From positions 4,768,001 through 4,832,000 of the forward strand of contig OY969763.1 in assembly GCA_963702845.1 (NCBI GenBank): DNA of 64,000 nt, given 5' to 3'. The notes under the pieces were generated by a model. The model saw only the letters and a list, made by a program, of their open reading frames with translations. It had not been told where the DNA came from and ran no database searches. Shown here one piece after another: positions 33,453 to 43,234 of the stretch; within the stretch, counting starts at the first letter, position 1, and each line of letters starts with the position of its first letter. Source of the stretch: an uncultured Verrucomicrobiae bacterium (GTDB lineage: Bacteria > Verrucomicrobiota > Verrucomicrobiia > Limisphaerales > Palsa-1400). Made by a program: the position numbers and the translations under genes.

Positions 33453-34201
33453 AGGTTTTGATTTTGGCCGCGGGTTATGCAACTCGCTTGTATCCGTTGA
33501 CACTGACTCAGCCCAAGCCGCTTTTACCGGTTGCGGGCAAGCCCATGATCGAGCACGTCCTCGATAACATCGCGCCCATCCCCGGCATCGACCGCGTCTA
33601 TGTCGTCACAAATGCCAAGTTCGCCGATCACTTCCAAAAGTGGGCCGACAATTATTGCGCGACCAAAACCAAACTGAATTTTACCATCGTCAACGATAAG
33701 TCGACCGACGACACCAACAAACTCGGCGCCATCGGCGACATTCATCTAGTCCTGAATCGCGAGAAGATCGACGACGATTTGATCGTAGTGGCAGGCGACA
33801 ACTTGTTCAGCCAAACCATCGAAGCCTTCGGTCAATACTGCCGCAAACGCAACGCTCCGGTCCTCGCCGTTTACGACGTCGGCAATCTCGAAGAAATCAA
33901 AAAGTACAACTCCATCAGCATCGACGGCGACGGCAAGATTACTTATTTCGAAGAAAAACCTAAGGATCCCAAGAGCACCATCACCGGCATTGCGCTCTAC
34001 TATTACCCGAAGAACACGTTGCCGCTGATTCATCAATACATCGCCGAAGGCAACAACCCGGATCAACCTGGTCGCCTCGTCCAATGGCTCTACACCCGCA
34101 CCGCCGTCTATACTTGGCGCGTGCCCGGCATCTGGTTCGACATCGGCTCGAAGGATAGTCTCGATGAAGCGAACAAAATCTTCTCCGGGCTGACGAAATA
34201 A
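33449..34201 (+). CDS. NDP-sugar pyrophosphorylase-family nucleotidyltransferase
   Basis: LILAAGYATRLYPLT..PKPLL, VAGDN, WFDIG. Confidence 0.92.
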   Translation: MKVLILAAGYATRLYPLTLTQPKPLLPVAGKPMIEHVLDNIAPIPGIDRVYVVTNAKFADHFQKWADNYCATKTKLNFTIVNDKSTDDTNKLGAIGDIHLVLNREKIDDDLIVVAGDNLFSQTIEAFGQYCRKRNAPVLAVYDVGNLEEIKKYNSISIDGDGKITYFEEKPKDPKSTITGIALYYYPKNTLPLIHQYIAEGNNPDQPGRLVQWLYTRTAVYTWRVPGIWFDIGSKDSLDEANKIFSGLTK

Positions 34202-34243
34202 ATTCCGCCTTGCGATTGGCTGGCGTTCGCCTAAAGCTCGGGC

Positions 34244-35476
34244 ATGGTTAGGTTCTCGTGTCCGGCGTGCGGTCAACACTTTGCAGGCGACGAATCCTAT
34301 TATGGCCGGCAGCTCGACTGCCCTGCGTGCCGCAACCGGTTTGTCGTCCCCGCGCCTGCTTCAGCGGCTCACGCTGCCCCAGCCGCTCCGGGCCATTATC
34401 CGCCGAACACCTTGCCGCCGAAGAAAAGCAAGACCGCGCTGATTGTTACCGCATCCGTCTTGGCATTCCTGCTTTCGGCTGGCGCAGCCTTCGTCGTCGT
34501 TCAACGACTATTGGTTCCGCAAGCTGTGCTCGTTGCCAAAGCGCCGGCGAATGCGGTCGGCAAGCTGAAAGGAACACTCGGCAAAATCCCGCAACGTTCG
34601 ACAGACGACCCAACCGGACAGTTAAGCGCCACGGACATCGTTCAGCGCGTCACCGATGCGTACAGCGCGCTGATCAGTTACAGCTCCGAAGGAACCGCCG
34701 TAACCGATATGGATATGTCGCGCGTAGATTTTGGAAGCATCCCTGGACTACCCCCGCAAGTGGCTGCTCAAGCCAAAGCTTCCAAGGAAGCAAAAGCCGC
34801 TTTGGCAAAACCGCAACACATGGAGGCTGACTTCTCAGTGAAGCTGGCCCGGCCGGGACTTTATCGAGTCGATTGGAAATCTCAAGGACCCATGAACATG
34901 AGCGGCGCGGCATGGAGCACCGGTGACGATCACTACCTGTATATGGGAATGAAGCCGCCGAAATATGTCAAAATGCAGAATCGCGACATCGCGCTCGGTG
35001 CCGCCACCGGCGTCTCTCAAGGAGCGGCAAACACCGTTCCGGCGCTCTTTTTCAATGGCGCCGAGAGCTTCCTCGCGAAATTGGCCGATGTGACGCTTGG
35101 CAAAGATGACACCATCGACGGCGTCGATTGTTATTTGCTCAACGGCGACCTGAACGGAATGAAAATGAATTTCTGGATCGATAAAAGCAATTTCCTCATC
35201 AAACAAAAGCAACAAGTCCTCGGCGGCGAAGTAAAGATGCCAAAAATGAGCGACAAGGATGTCGACGACGCCCTCAAACAAATGGGCGGCGGCACGACGA
35301 CGGAAAAACGGGCACAGATGAAAACCATGATGCAAAACATGCGTGCGATGTCGTCGAAGATGAAGGGAACAATGACCGAGACATATCGGAACATTGAGAC
35401 GAATCAGAAAATTGCGACGGACAAGTTCAAATACGACGTTCCTAGCGGTGTGGAATTGAGCAGTTCTTTGTTCTAA
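34244..35476 (+). CDS. Zn-ribbon + TM + LolA/DUF2092-like periplasmic domain protein
   Basis: CPACGQ...CPACR, Pro-rich linker, one TM, KLARPGLYRVDW...FWIDKSNFLI. Confidence 0.7.
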   Translation: MVRFSCPACGQHFAGDESYYGRQLDCPACRNRFVVPAPASAAHAAPAAPGHYPPNTLPPKKSKTALIVTASVLAFLLSAGAAFVVVQRLLVPQAVLVAKAPANAVGKLKGTLGKIPQRSTDDPTGQLSATDIVQRVTDAYSALISYSSEGTAVTDMDMSRVDFGSIPGLPPQVAAQAKASKEAKAALAKPQHMEADFSVKLARPGLYRVDWKSQGPMNMSGAAWSTGDDHYLYMGMKPPKYVKMQNRDIALGAATGVSQGAANTVPALFFNGAESFLAKLADVTLGKDDTIDGVDCYLLNGDLNGMKMNFWIDKSNFLIKQKQQVLGGEVKMPKMSDKDVDDALKQMGGGTTTEKRAQMKTMMQNMRAMSSKMKGTMTETYRNIETNQKIATDKFKYDVPSGVELSSSLF

Positions 35477-35532
35477 GAGTGTCAAATACGCAGGCTTGCT
35501 CGCGTGAATTCGGTGAGCTAGGTTGGGGCGCT

Positions 35533-36756
35533 ATGGATGATCATGCTTCAATGGGAACGCCGCCCGATTCCGGTGCGGGATCAACCTCAAGTTTCAGTTC
35601 GACTACTCCACCCTCATTCACTCCGCCGCCGCCCGTTCCGCCAGTGATCGCCGCCAGCGTTCCACCACCACCACCACCGCGACGAAACAATTGCACTGCG
35701 TGGAAGGTCGTGGCAATTGTCGCTTTGATTCTGTTGGCATTTAGTTTCCTCGCCAACGTTGCCCGCGTGACATCCAGAGCGATGCGCGGCAATCGAAGCT
35801 CTCAAACTTACGAACGCGTGCAGAAAGTTGAGGAAGTGCTGATCGAGCCAAGTTCAAGCCGCAACAAAATCGCCGTCGTCGAAGTCGAAGGCATCATTAT
35901 GAGCGCCGGTGAACGTTCTGCTATGACGATGCCAGAGTTCGTTCGCGAACAACTCAAAGCAGCCAAGGCTGACGACGATGTTAAAGCCGTGGTTCTGAAA
36001 ATCAATTCACCAGGCGGCGAAGTGCTCGCTGCCGATGAAATCAACGCTGCCATCAAAGATTTTCAACAGACCTCATCCAAGCCCGTGATTGCATCGATGG
36101 GAACTTTGGCCGCTTCGGGGGGTTATTATGTGGCAGCGCCTTGTCGTTGGATTGTTGCCAACGAATTGACTATCACCGGCAGCATCGGCGTGATTATGCA
36201 TGGATACAACTACCGCGGGCTGATGAACAAGCTCGGCATCAAGCCGGACATCTTCAAAAGCGGCAAATTCAAGGACATGCTCAGCGGCGATCAGGAACCT
36301 GACCTCGACAAACTTTCAACCCAGGATCGCGAGACCCGCATGGAAGAACGAAAGATGGTGCAGGATTTGATTGACGAAACCTTCAATAGGTTTAAAGAGG
36401 TAGTGAAATCCGGTCGCGATACAGCCGAAAAGCGCAATCACGGCAAAGGAAAAACCCTTTCCGAAAATTGGGCCGATTACGCCGATGGCCGGGTGTTCTC
36501 CGGCAAGCAGGCTTTGGAACTGGGTTTTGTCGATGAAAATGGCAGTTTCGACGCCGCGGTCGCGCGCGCGAAGCAGATCGCCGGAATCACCGGCGGCGCG
36601 AACTTGATCGAATATCGTCAACCGTTCGATCTCGGTTCTCTGTTCCATTTGTTTGGCAAAACGGAAGTGCCCGCGATGAAAGTGGATCTCGGAATTAACA
36701 CTCCGAAATTGCATGCCGGCCAATTGTATTACATTTTTCCCAGTGTTTTGAATTAA
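35533..36756 (+). CDS. sppA: Signal peptide peptidase (S49)
   Basis: KINSPGGE, AASGGYY, TGSIGVI, KSGKFKD, DGRVFSG. Confidence 0.94.
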   Translation: MDDHASMGTPPDSGAGSTSSFSSTTPPSFTPPPPVPPVIAASVPPPPPPRRNNCTAWKVVAIVALILLAFSFLANVARVTSRAMRGNRSSQTYERVQKVEEVLIEPSSSRNKIAVVEVEGIIMSAGERSAMTMPEFVREQLKAAKADDDVKAVVLKINSPGGEVLAADEINAAIKDFQQTSSKPVIASMGTLAASGGYYVAAPCRWIVANELTITGSIGVIMHGYNYRGLMNKLGIKPDIFKSGKFKDMLSGDQEPDLDKLSTQDRETRMEERKMVQDLIDETFNRFKEVVKSGRDTAEKRNHGKGKTLSENWADYADGRVFSGKQALELGFVDENGSFDAAVARAKQIAGITGGANLIEYRQPFDLGSLFHLFGKTEVPAMKVDLGINTPKLHAGQLYYIFPSVLN

Positions 36757-36911
36757 TCGAACGACTTGGGCTGAGACGAAAAGTAAATATATAATCGCGA
36801 AGCTTTAACTTTAAAAACCATTCCCGATTTAAGAACGGAATAAGCGCAGAGGCGCCGCAAGCACTTCTTCTTTGTTGATTCTTACTTCTTAAGACGTGGG
36901 GTTATCCTCCC

Positions 36912-38045
36912 ATGAGCCAGCTAGACAACGTCCTGATCGTTGCTGACAGCGAGCACGACGCGAACATGCTTTATGCAGTGCGCATGTTCGTGCCTGACGC
37001 ATTTATCTATATGCGCCTCGACGGCAAGTGCCACGTCGTCATGAACGACCTCGAAATCGACCGCGCGCGCAAACAAGCCCCGCATTGCCGAATCATTTCC
37101 TCCACCGATTGCGTTCAGCGCATTCAAAAAACAAAAGGCAAGCCGAACACCGCCGCGATCATCAAGCTGCTTTTGAGCGACCGCAAGATTCGCCGCATTT
37201 TCGTCCCCGGCACTTTCCCACACGGGCTTGCGCGTGAGCTGCGCCAGATCGGAATCACGGTTGATGTGAAGAAGGGCGGTATTTTTCCACAACGCGAATG
37301 CAAGCGCCCAGATGAAGTCAAAAAAATCAGCGCGGCACTAATGATGGCGGAGGTCGGCCTCGCAGAAGGTATGCAAGCGTTGAAAAATTCGAAGATCGCG
37401 CGCGACGGTCGTTTGATGTATCATGGCGTCCCGCTGACTTCAGAAAAACTGCGCTCCATCATCGACATCGCGATCATTCAAGCCGGCGGTTTGGCTAATC
37501 ACACAATTGTCGCCGGCGGCAAGCAAGGTTGCGATCCGCACGAACGCGGCCACGGTGTCTTGCGGGCCCATGAACCGATCATTCTCGACGTCTTCCCGCG
37601 CTCACAAAAAACCGGTTACTTCGGCGACATCACGCGCACAGTAGTTAAAGGCAAACCCAGCGAGGCTGTGCGGCGCCTGTATAACATCGTTGCGCGCGGC
37701 CAGGAAATTGGGTTCAAGCAAATGAAGACCGGCGCGAAAGGCGCAGACGTGCACAAGTCGGTCCAAGCGTTTTTCGAGAGTGAAGGTTACAAGACCGGCA
37801 AGCGCAACGGGCGCATGGAAGGTTTCTTCCACGGGACCGGCCATGGCCTCGGCTTGGAAATTCACGAAGCGCCGCGAGTCAGTCTGACATCGGTCGACAC
37901 TTTGAAGAGCGGCCACGTGGTCACGGTTGAGCCCGGATTGTATTATCCGGAAATCGGCGGCGGGGTCCGGCTCGAAGACGTTGCCTGGGTCCGAAACGGG
38001 CATTCCAAGAATCTCACGAAGTTCGAGAAGGTGCTTGAGGTCTGA
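36912..38045 (+). CDS. Xaa-Pro aminopeptidase (M24B)
   Basis: GDITRT, HGTGHGLGLEIHE, TVEPGLY, GVRLED. Confidence 0.93.
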   Translation: MSQLDNVLIVADSEHDANMLYAVRMFVPDAFIYMRLDGKCHVVMNDLEIDRARKQAPHCRIISSTDCVQRIQKTKGKPNTAAIIKLLLSDRKIRRIFVPGTFPHGLARELRQIGITVDVKKGGIFPQRECKRPDEVKKISAALMMAEVGLAEGMQALKNSKIARDGRLMYHGVPLTSEKLRSIIDIAIIQAGGLANHTIVAGGKQGCDPHERGHGVLRAHEPIILDVFPRSQKTGYFGDITRTVVKGKPSEAVRRLYNIVARGQEIGFKQMKTGAKGADVHKSVQAFFESEGYKTGKRNGRMEGFFHGTGHGLGLEIHEAPRVSLTSVDTLKSGHVVTVEPGLYYPEIGGGVRLEDVAWVRNGHSKNLTKFEKVLEV

Positions 38046-38142
38046 GCCGTTTCAGGCTTGAGACAGCGCTACGTTTCTGTATAACATCTTTGGCTCCGGC
38101 GGCGAATGCGAGTGATTGCGTGTTCACCAAGGGACAACAACA

Positions 38143-38349
38143 ATGCCGACAACCAGACGGTCCAGACGCACAATCGACCCGGACGCTGCTGCTTTGCCCA
38201 AACGCAGTCACGATCTCTATTTTCTGTTCCCCGGGATGGCGCACGGCTCGCGCAAACGATATACGCGCAATCTCATCTGGTCCTTGATTGTCGGCGCGCT
38301 GGCGTCGACGGCCATCGCAGGGTTGCTTTATTTGGTGTATAAGCCTTGA
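38143..38349 (+). CDS. Small single-TM protein
   Basis: 68 aa, basic N-terminus and C-terminal TM; ends 10 nt before the next gene. Confidence 0.55.
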   Translation: MPTTRRSRRTIDPDAAALPKRSHDLYFLFPGMAHGSRKRYTRNLIWSLIVGALASTAIAGLLYLVYKP

Positions 38350-38358
38350 TTCGTTCCG

Positions 38359-39138
38359 ATGGCGATTCTCCATGTTTCCGGGCTCAGCATTTGGCGCGGA
38401 CAAACGGTCATTCTCGATGACATCAATTGGACCGTCCAATCGCGCCAACATTGGGTCGTGCTCGGCGCGAATGGTTCGGGAAAAACTTCTTTGCTCAGCG
38501 CCTTAACCGGCTACCTCACTCCCAGTTCAGGGACGATTCAGCTCTTCGACGAAACCTTTGGAAAAACCGATTGGCGCGAGTTGCGCAAGCGCGTGGGCAT
38601 GGTGAGTTCATCGATTCGCCAACTCATTCACGAAGAGGACACCGCGCTCGACGTCGTCGTGAGCGGCAAAGACGCGATGATTGGCAGTTGGGGTAAGGTG
38701 AGCGCAGCCGATCGCAAAAAGGGATTCTCCCTGTTGAAACAGATCGAATGCGAAAATCTAGTTGAACGACCCTGGGATGTGTTATCGCAAGGCGAACGGC
38801 AACGGGTTTTGATCGGACGCGCGTTGATGGCCAACCCGGCGTTGTTGATTTTGGATGAGCCGTGCGCCGGCCTTGATCCCGTAGCCCGCGAACGTTTTCT
38901 CAGTTTCATTCAGCGGCTCGGCACGCAAAAGAATTCGCCGACACTGGTGCTCGTGACTCATCACGTCGAAGAAATCATGCCCGCGTTCTCGCACGTGTTG
39001 ATGCTCAAGGAAGGTCGCGTGTTCACTGCCGGTAAAAAAGGTGCTGTTTTGAATTCGAAAAACTTCAGCGCATTGTTCGATGAACCAATCCGCCTCGCCA
39101 AAGTTTCTCGCCGCTACGCTCTCCATTTCAAGGCTTAG
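38359..39138 (+). CDS. ABC ATP-binding protein (ModF/YlmA-like)
   Basis: GANGSGKT, LSQGERQ, ILDEP, VTHH. Confidence 0.92.
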   Translation: MAILHVSGLSIWRGQTVILDDINWTVQSRQHWVVLGANGSGKTSLLSALTGYLTPSSGTIQLFDETFGKTDWRELRKRVGMVSSSIRQLIHEEDTALDVVVSGKDAMIGSWGKVSAADRKKGFSLLKQIECENLVERPWDVLSQGERQRVLIGRALMANPALLILDEPCAGLDPVARERFLSFIQRLGTQKNSPTLVLVTHHVEEIMPAFSHVLMLKEGRVFTAGKKGAVLNSKNFSALFDEPIRLAKVSRRYALHFKA

Positions 39139-39180
39139 TTGGAGCTTGTCGCAAGCACGCCGCCGCGTAATATCCCGACA

Positions 39181-39552
39181 GTGTTGATTCGATTGCACAA
39201 ATGGCTCGTCGTGCTGGCGCTCGTGTTGAGCATCGGCGGTCATTGGGCATTTTTGCAATCTGTTGCGTGGGTCGGCATGGCCGTGACTTACTCCAAAGAT
39301 GCGAGCTTGTCGCAAGTCTTCGAAAAAACTTTTGACGGACACCATCTCTGCAAACTGTGCAAAATTGTTCGCGCGGGCCAAAAAGCCGAGAACACAAACG
39401 AAATGAAGCTCGACTTAAAAAAGTTCGACATCATGGCCAGCGCACCAAGTCTTTTCATTTTCGAATCTCCTTCAATTTCTCCTCAGAGCCCAATCGTTCC
39501 CACTCTCCAACGCACCGAGGCTCCGCCATCACCACCGCCCATCTTCTCATAA
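39181..39552 (+). CDS. DUF2946-like exported metal-binding leader protein
   Basis: Hydrophobic N-terminus, FDGHHLCKLC, C-terminal RTEAPPSPPP; lies upstream of an OM barrel. Confidence 0.7.
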   Translation: MLIRLHKWLVVLALVLSIGGHWAFLQSVAWVGMAVTYSKDASLSQVFEKTFDGHHLCKLCKIVRAGQKAENTNEMKLDLKKFDIMASAPSLFIFESPSISPQSPIVPTLQRTEAPPSPPPIFS

Positions 39553-39678
39553 CTCTAATTCTTGCTTCCTCGACGCGTGGCGTCGAGTGCGGCGCGCGCC
39601 GGGCGTTGCGCCTTATCTGATCAACAAATAATCAATCGCGGCACTTAAATCAGAAGTGTCGCAAGCAGTTTTGTAGTT

Positions 39679-40644
39679 ATGAAAATTTTGAAGAGTTCTT
39701 TTGCATTTTTAATTTTGGCTGTCGCGAGTGCGCAGCCGTTGTTGGCCTGTGATATTTGCGGTTGTTTCGACGCCAATGGCGCGTGCGGAATGGGCATCGG
39801 ACCGAGCAGCAAATACATCACTGAAATCGAAAAGGGATTTATTGCCGGCGTCGCCGAACAATATACGCATTTCGGCACACTCCAGGACGACGGCCATAAA
39901 ATCGCCGGGCAAGGCGAATTTCTGAACAGTTCAGTCTCGCAGATTTTCGCGTTGTATAACTTCAACAAACGTTTCGGCGTGCAACTGAATGTGCCGCTCA
40001 TTTATCGCGAGTGGGGCTCCGACGTTATGCCGCACGACCACACCTCGGGCATCGGCGACGTCTCATTGGTCGGGAACTTTCGCTTATACGAACAACTGCG
40101 CCAGAATACGACGCTCACGTGGTCGTTACTCGGCGGCGTAAAATTTCCCACAGGCAATTCTTCGCTCTTGAATACGCCAGATGAACAGTTGCCGGAGGGC
40201 ATTGGTGGACACGATCTCGCCCTCGGCTCCGGCTCTTTCGACGGCATTGTTGGGACCTCTGTCTACGGCCGATACAATCGATGGTTCGGCAGCGCCGCAG
40301 TTCAATATGCCATTCGCACTCGCGGCGATTTTGGTCATCGCTATGCCAACGATCTGATCTGGTCCGGCGGCCCCGGATATTACGTCGTCGTGAAGGGCGA
40401 ATACACCATCGCTCTGCAAGCCATCATCGCTGGTGAAACAAAGGGTAAAGACACATTCTACGGCGTCGACGATCCAGATTCCGCCGAAACAATCGTGACC
40501 GTCGGACCGCAAGTCAACTTCAGTTGGCGCAACAAATTGAATGTCCAACTCGCAGCCGATCTGCCCGTATCGCGCGACAACACCGGCGAGCAAGTCGTGC
40601 CGGATTATCGCATCCGAGCCGCGGCGAGTTGGAAGTTTTGGTGA
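39679..40644 (+). CDS. Outer-membrane beta-barrel transporter (MetA-pathway/SphA-like) with N-terminal Cys motif
   Basis: Signal peptide then CDICGC; GIGDVSL, GVKFPTG, LGSGSFD, C-terminal aromatic WKFW. Confidence 0.8.
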   Translation: MKILKSSFAFLILAVASAQPLLACDICGCFDANGACGMGIGPSSKYITEIEKGFIAGVAEQYTHFGTLQDDGHKIAGQGEFLNSSVSQIFALYNFNKRFGVQLNVPLIYREWGSDVMPHDHTSGIGDVSLVGNFRLYEQLRQNTTLTWSLLGGVKFPTGNSSLLNTPDEQLPEGIGGHDLALGSGSFDGIVGTSVYGRYNRWFGSAAVQYAIRTRGDFGHRYANDLIWSGGPGYYVVVKGEYTIALQAIIAGETKGKDTFYGVDDPDSAETIVTVGPQVNFSWRNKLNVQLAADLPVSRDNTGEQVVPDYRIRAAASWKFW

Positions 40645-40875
40645 TTAGAACCGCTTCGAGAAATACCAAATCGCGACCATTATTCCGATCGCGGTGATGC
40701 TCATGTAGAGCGGCGAGGCGATGAAGTAAGATATCCCAATGAGCGCGACGCCGCCAGCCATTGGGACGTAAGAATGCTGCTTTTTACCGTAGATAAAGAA
40801 GCCAGAACCGATAGCTCCCCAGATCAGCGATGCAAACAGCGTGCCTGCGCTAAAATTCATTGCGCTTAAGTCCAT
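40645..40875 (-). CDS. Small three-TM membrane protein
   Basis: SLIWGAIGSGFFIYGKKQ...; starts 1 nt after the upstream gene's stop. Confidence 0.75.
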   Translation of the reverse strand: MDLSAMNFSAGTLFASLIWGAIGSGFFIYGKKQHSYVPMAGGVALIGISYFIASPLYMSITAIGIMVAIWYFSKRF

Positions 40876-40876
40876 T

Positions 40877-42295
40877 TCAAGCTGAGCCAGAGATATTTTT
40901 CAGGTCCGCTCGAACCTGCTCGTAACTCGTATTAAATGCCAACACCGCCGGATCGGGTTCGATTCCGGCTTTTTCGCATGCTTGTGAGTAGCATTTTACC
41001 CACCAGTTGCGATGTTGCGTAAGTCCTTGATCCCGCCACTCCCGCCAGCCCATTAGCACCTTCGACCAGCATTTATCGCCATACTCGACCGCTTCCGCAG
41101 CGCTCTTGAATTCCTTCAAATACCAATCCCGACCGATGCGCGCGTGAAGAACTTCGTCTGCCCAATCGTAGTCCTGGAACAGCGCGGAAAGCGCGCAGTG
41201 CGACTTCAGTCCGACCTCCCATTCGTAGCGTTTGCCATTCTTTGGCATCAAACCTTGCTCGATAAAATATAAAACCCCGTGCCGCTCGATCGACATAAGC
41301 TGCGTGTTCAAACCCAGTGACCATGTGAAATTCACCATCACGTTCTTCGGCCAATCAACGCCGAGCTTCTCAAACCCGACTTCGCCCATCATCGCGTGAC
41401 GCGCTTCATCCCACAATTGGCGCGTCATATCGCTGTAGTAAGTCCACGGTTTATTTGGCGTTTCAATGATGATGCTGGCCATCATTTCGGGCACATCGAT
41501 TTCGCGCAGCCGCTTGTAAAACATCATCAATACCTTGGCATCCGCCGGCATCTTTTCGTCGTAGAGAAAGACCTCCGCATTGACGCCCATGTTGTAAGGA
41601 TCGGGAAAACGCGAATCGCGTTTCGGCACCTTATCGTAAACAAATGGCTTCGCCGAAAATTGACGCGAAATCTTTTTGTCGCTCGGTTCGTCCGCACCGT
41701 TGAGTCCGCCAGCCGCCGACAGGCAGTCTTCCAAAAGTTCTAACCAATTGCTGTCTCGTTTCCGATCGCTCTCCGATACAAGCGCGGCGATTGCCTGCAC
41801 GCCGAACTTCACCATGTCGTCCAACTCAAGCAACGCAAATCGACACATGCGAACCGACGGAGCGTCAGCCAGCGAATTTGTGTCAGCGATGTGCTTCCGC
41901 AATGCCGCAATCAGCACAGGCACAGCCTTTTCGTAAATACCGACCACCAATTCCTCCGTCGTCGGCGCGGAACGAATTTCATCAAAGAAAATTTCCAGGT
42001 TCGCATCCGGAACCATTTCCAAACCCAACGGTGGTTCGCGCATTTCGCCAACCCGTTTGCGCAATGCCGACACGTGCTCGGCGCAATAATGCGCGTGCAA
42101 GCTGAACCCCATCTTCAATTCGTAAACCGGTTCAGCCGTCAAACGTGCGAGCAAAATTTCGTGCAACCGCTTGAACGCATAGTGGTAGCGCTTGAGCCGC
42201 GCGACACAGTCGTCGATCGAAAGCCCGGGCGTCATCGCCTGTTCCATGGAGCAAAGCCCCGCCAGACGCGGCAGCTTGCCAAAATCAGTGTTCAT
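40877..42295 (-). CDS. Ferritin-like di-iron protein (DUF455-like, tandem four-helix bundles)
   Basis: E...DEARH and E...DEVLH di-iron motifs; N-terminal half with AEH...LRKRVGEM. Confidence 0.75.
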   Translation of the reverse strand: MNTDFGKLPRLAGLCSMEQAMTPGLSIDDCVARLKRYHYAFKRLHEILLARLTAEPVYELKMGFSLHAHYCAEHVSALRKRVGEMREPPLGLEMVPDANLEIFFDEIRSAPTTEELVVGIYEKAVPVLIAALRKHIADTNSLADAPSVRMCRFALLELDDMVKFGVQAIAALVSESDRKRDSNWLELLEDCLSAAGGLNGADEPSDKKISRQFSAKPFVYDKVPKRDSRFPDPYNMGVNAEVFLYDEKMPADAKVLMMFYKRLREIDVPEMMASIIIETPNKPWTYYSDMTRQLWDEARHAMMGEVGFEKLGVDWPKNVMVNFTWSLGLNTQLMSIERHGVLYFIEQGLMPKNGKRYEWEVGLKSHCALSALFQDYDWADEVLHARIGRDWYLKEFKSAAEAVEYGDKCWSKVLMGWREWRDQGLTQHRNWWVKCYSQACEKAGIEPDPAVLAFNTSYEQVRADLKNISGSA

Positions 42296-42433
42296 AAAGA
42301 GTTAGGGCGCGTCTAGGTGCGCGCCGTTGGTTTCGACCTCAAACCTACCAAACACCTTGCGTTTTTCTAACCCTAATTCAACCATGCAAGCCGAAGCACT
42401 CATCACTAGCCACTCATCACTTATCACTTCCTC

Positions 42434-42640
42434 ATGAAACTCTTCTACACCGGCCCACTCGTTAATGTCGAATTGCTGGTCGTCATGCTGGAAAAACACG
42501 GCATCGCCGCCACGCAAGAATTCGTCGACGCCGAAGGCGACGAATTCGACCTCAACCGCCTGACCAAAGTCCTCGTCCCCGAACCCGACTACGACCGCGC
42601 CCACCAACTCATCTACGCCGAAAAAGAAGGCGAACTCTAA
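42434..42640 (+). CDS. DUF2007-like small protein
   Basis: MLEKHGI...KVLVPEPDYDRA. Confidence 0.75.
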   Translation: MKLFYTGPLVNVELLVVMLEKHGIAATQEFVDAEGDEFDLNRLTKVLVPEPDYDRAHQLIYAEKEGEL

Positions 42641-43234
42641 TCATCACTCGTAGAAGCCGAGTTAACGTGGCTCACTTCACAAAATCCGAAATTCCAAATT
42701 TTTGTCTCCCGTGTAGGTCGGTGCTAGTCCGTGCAGATCCCAAACCTCCTTCGATCGTTCTCAATATCCCCTCCTCTGCGCCTTCGCGTTGAACAACCTC
42801 ATTCAACTTCCATGCCAACCTCCTAAAAACGCATCTTTTCAACACAAAAAAGTGTCATTTCTTTCCCTCGCTTCCCTCCTTTCCCTACATTTTTTGACGA
42901 GTCGCAACTTCCTGCCATAATCCACCCGCACGCATAAGCGCGCCCGCTGAGCGCTAACGCCCACCGGAACATTGGAAAGATCTATAAATGGGACAGCTGT
43001 GGGTTCATCGAACTGCGATGCCGGACTAACCGGTTAATCCGACAATTCGGACCCATTGGCACCTAAACAAAAAGTTATGAACACCGAAATTGATAATTCA
43101 GATTCGAAGACCGGATCCAAACGCAGCCAAGGTCACGTCGCACGTCTGCCACCAAATCTCACGCTCCCGGGCCGCGGGCACCCACTGACATCCACGCTGG
43201 ATTCCAGCGAAATTCTCCAGTAGCTTGCAGCAAT

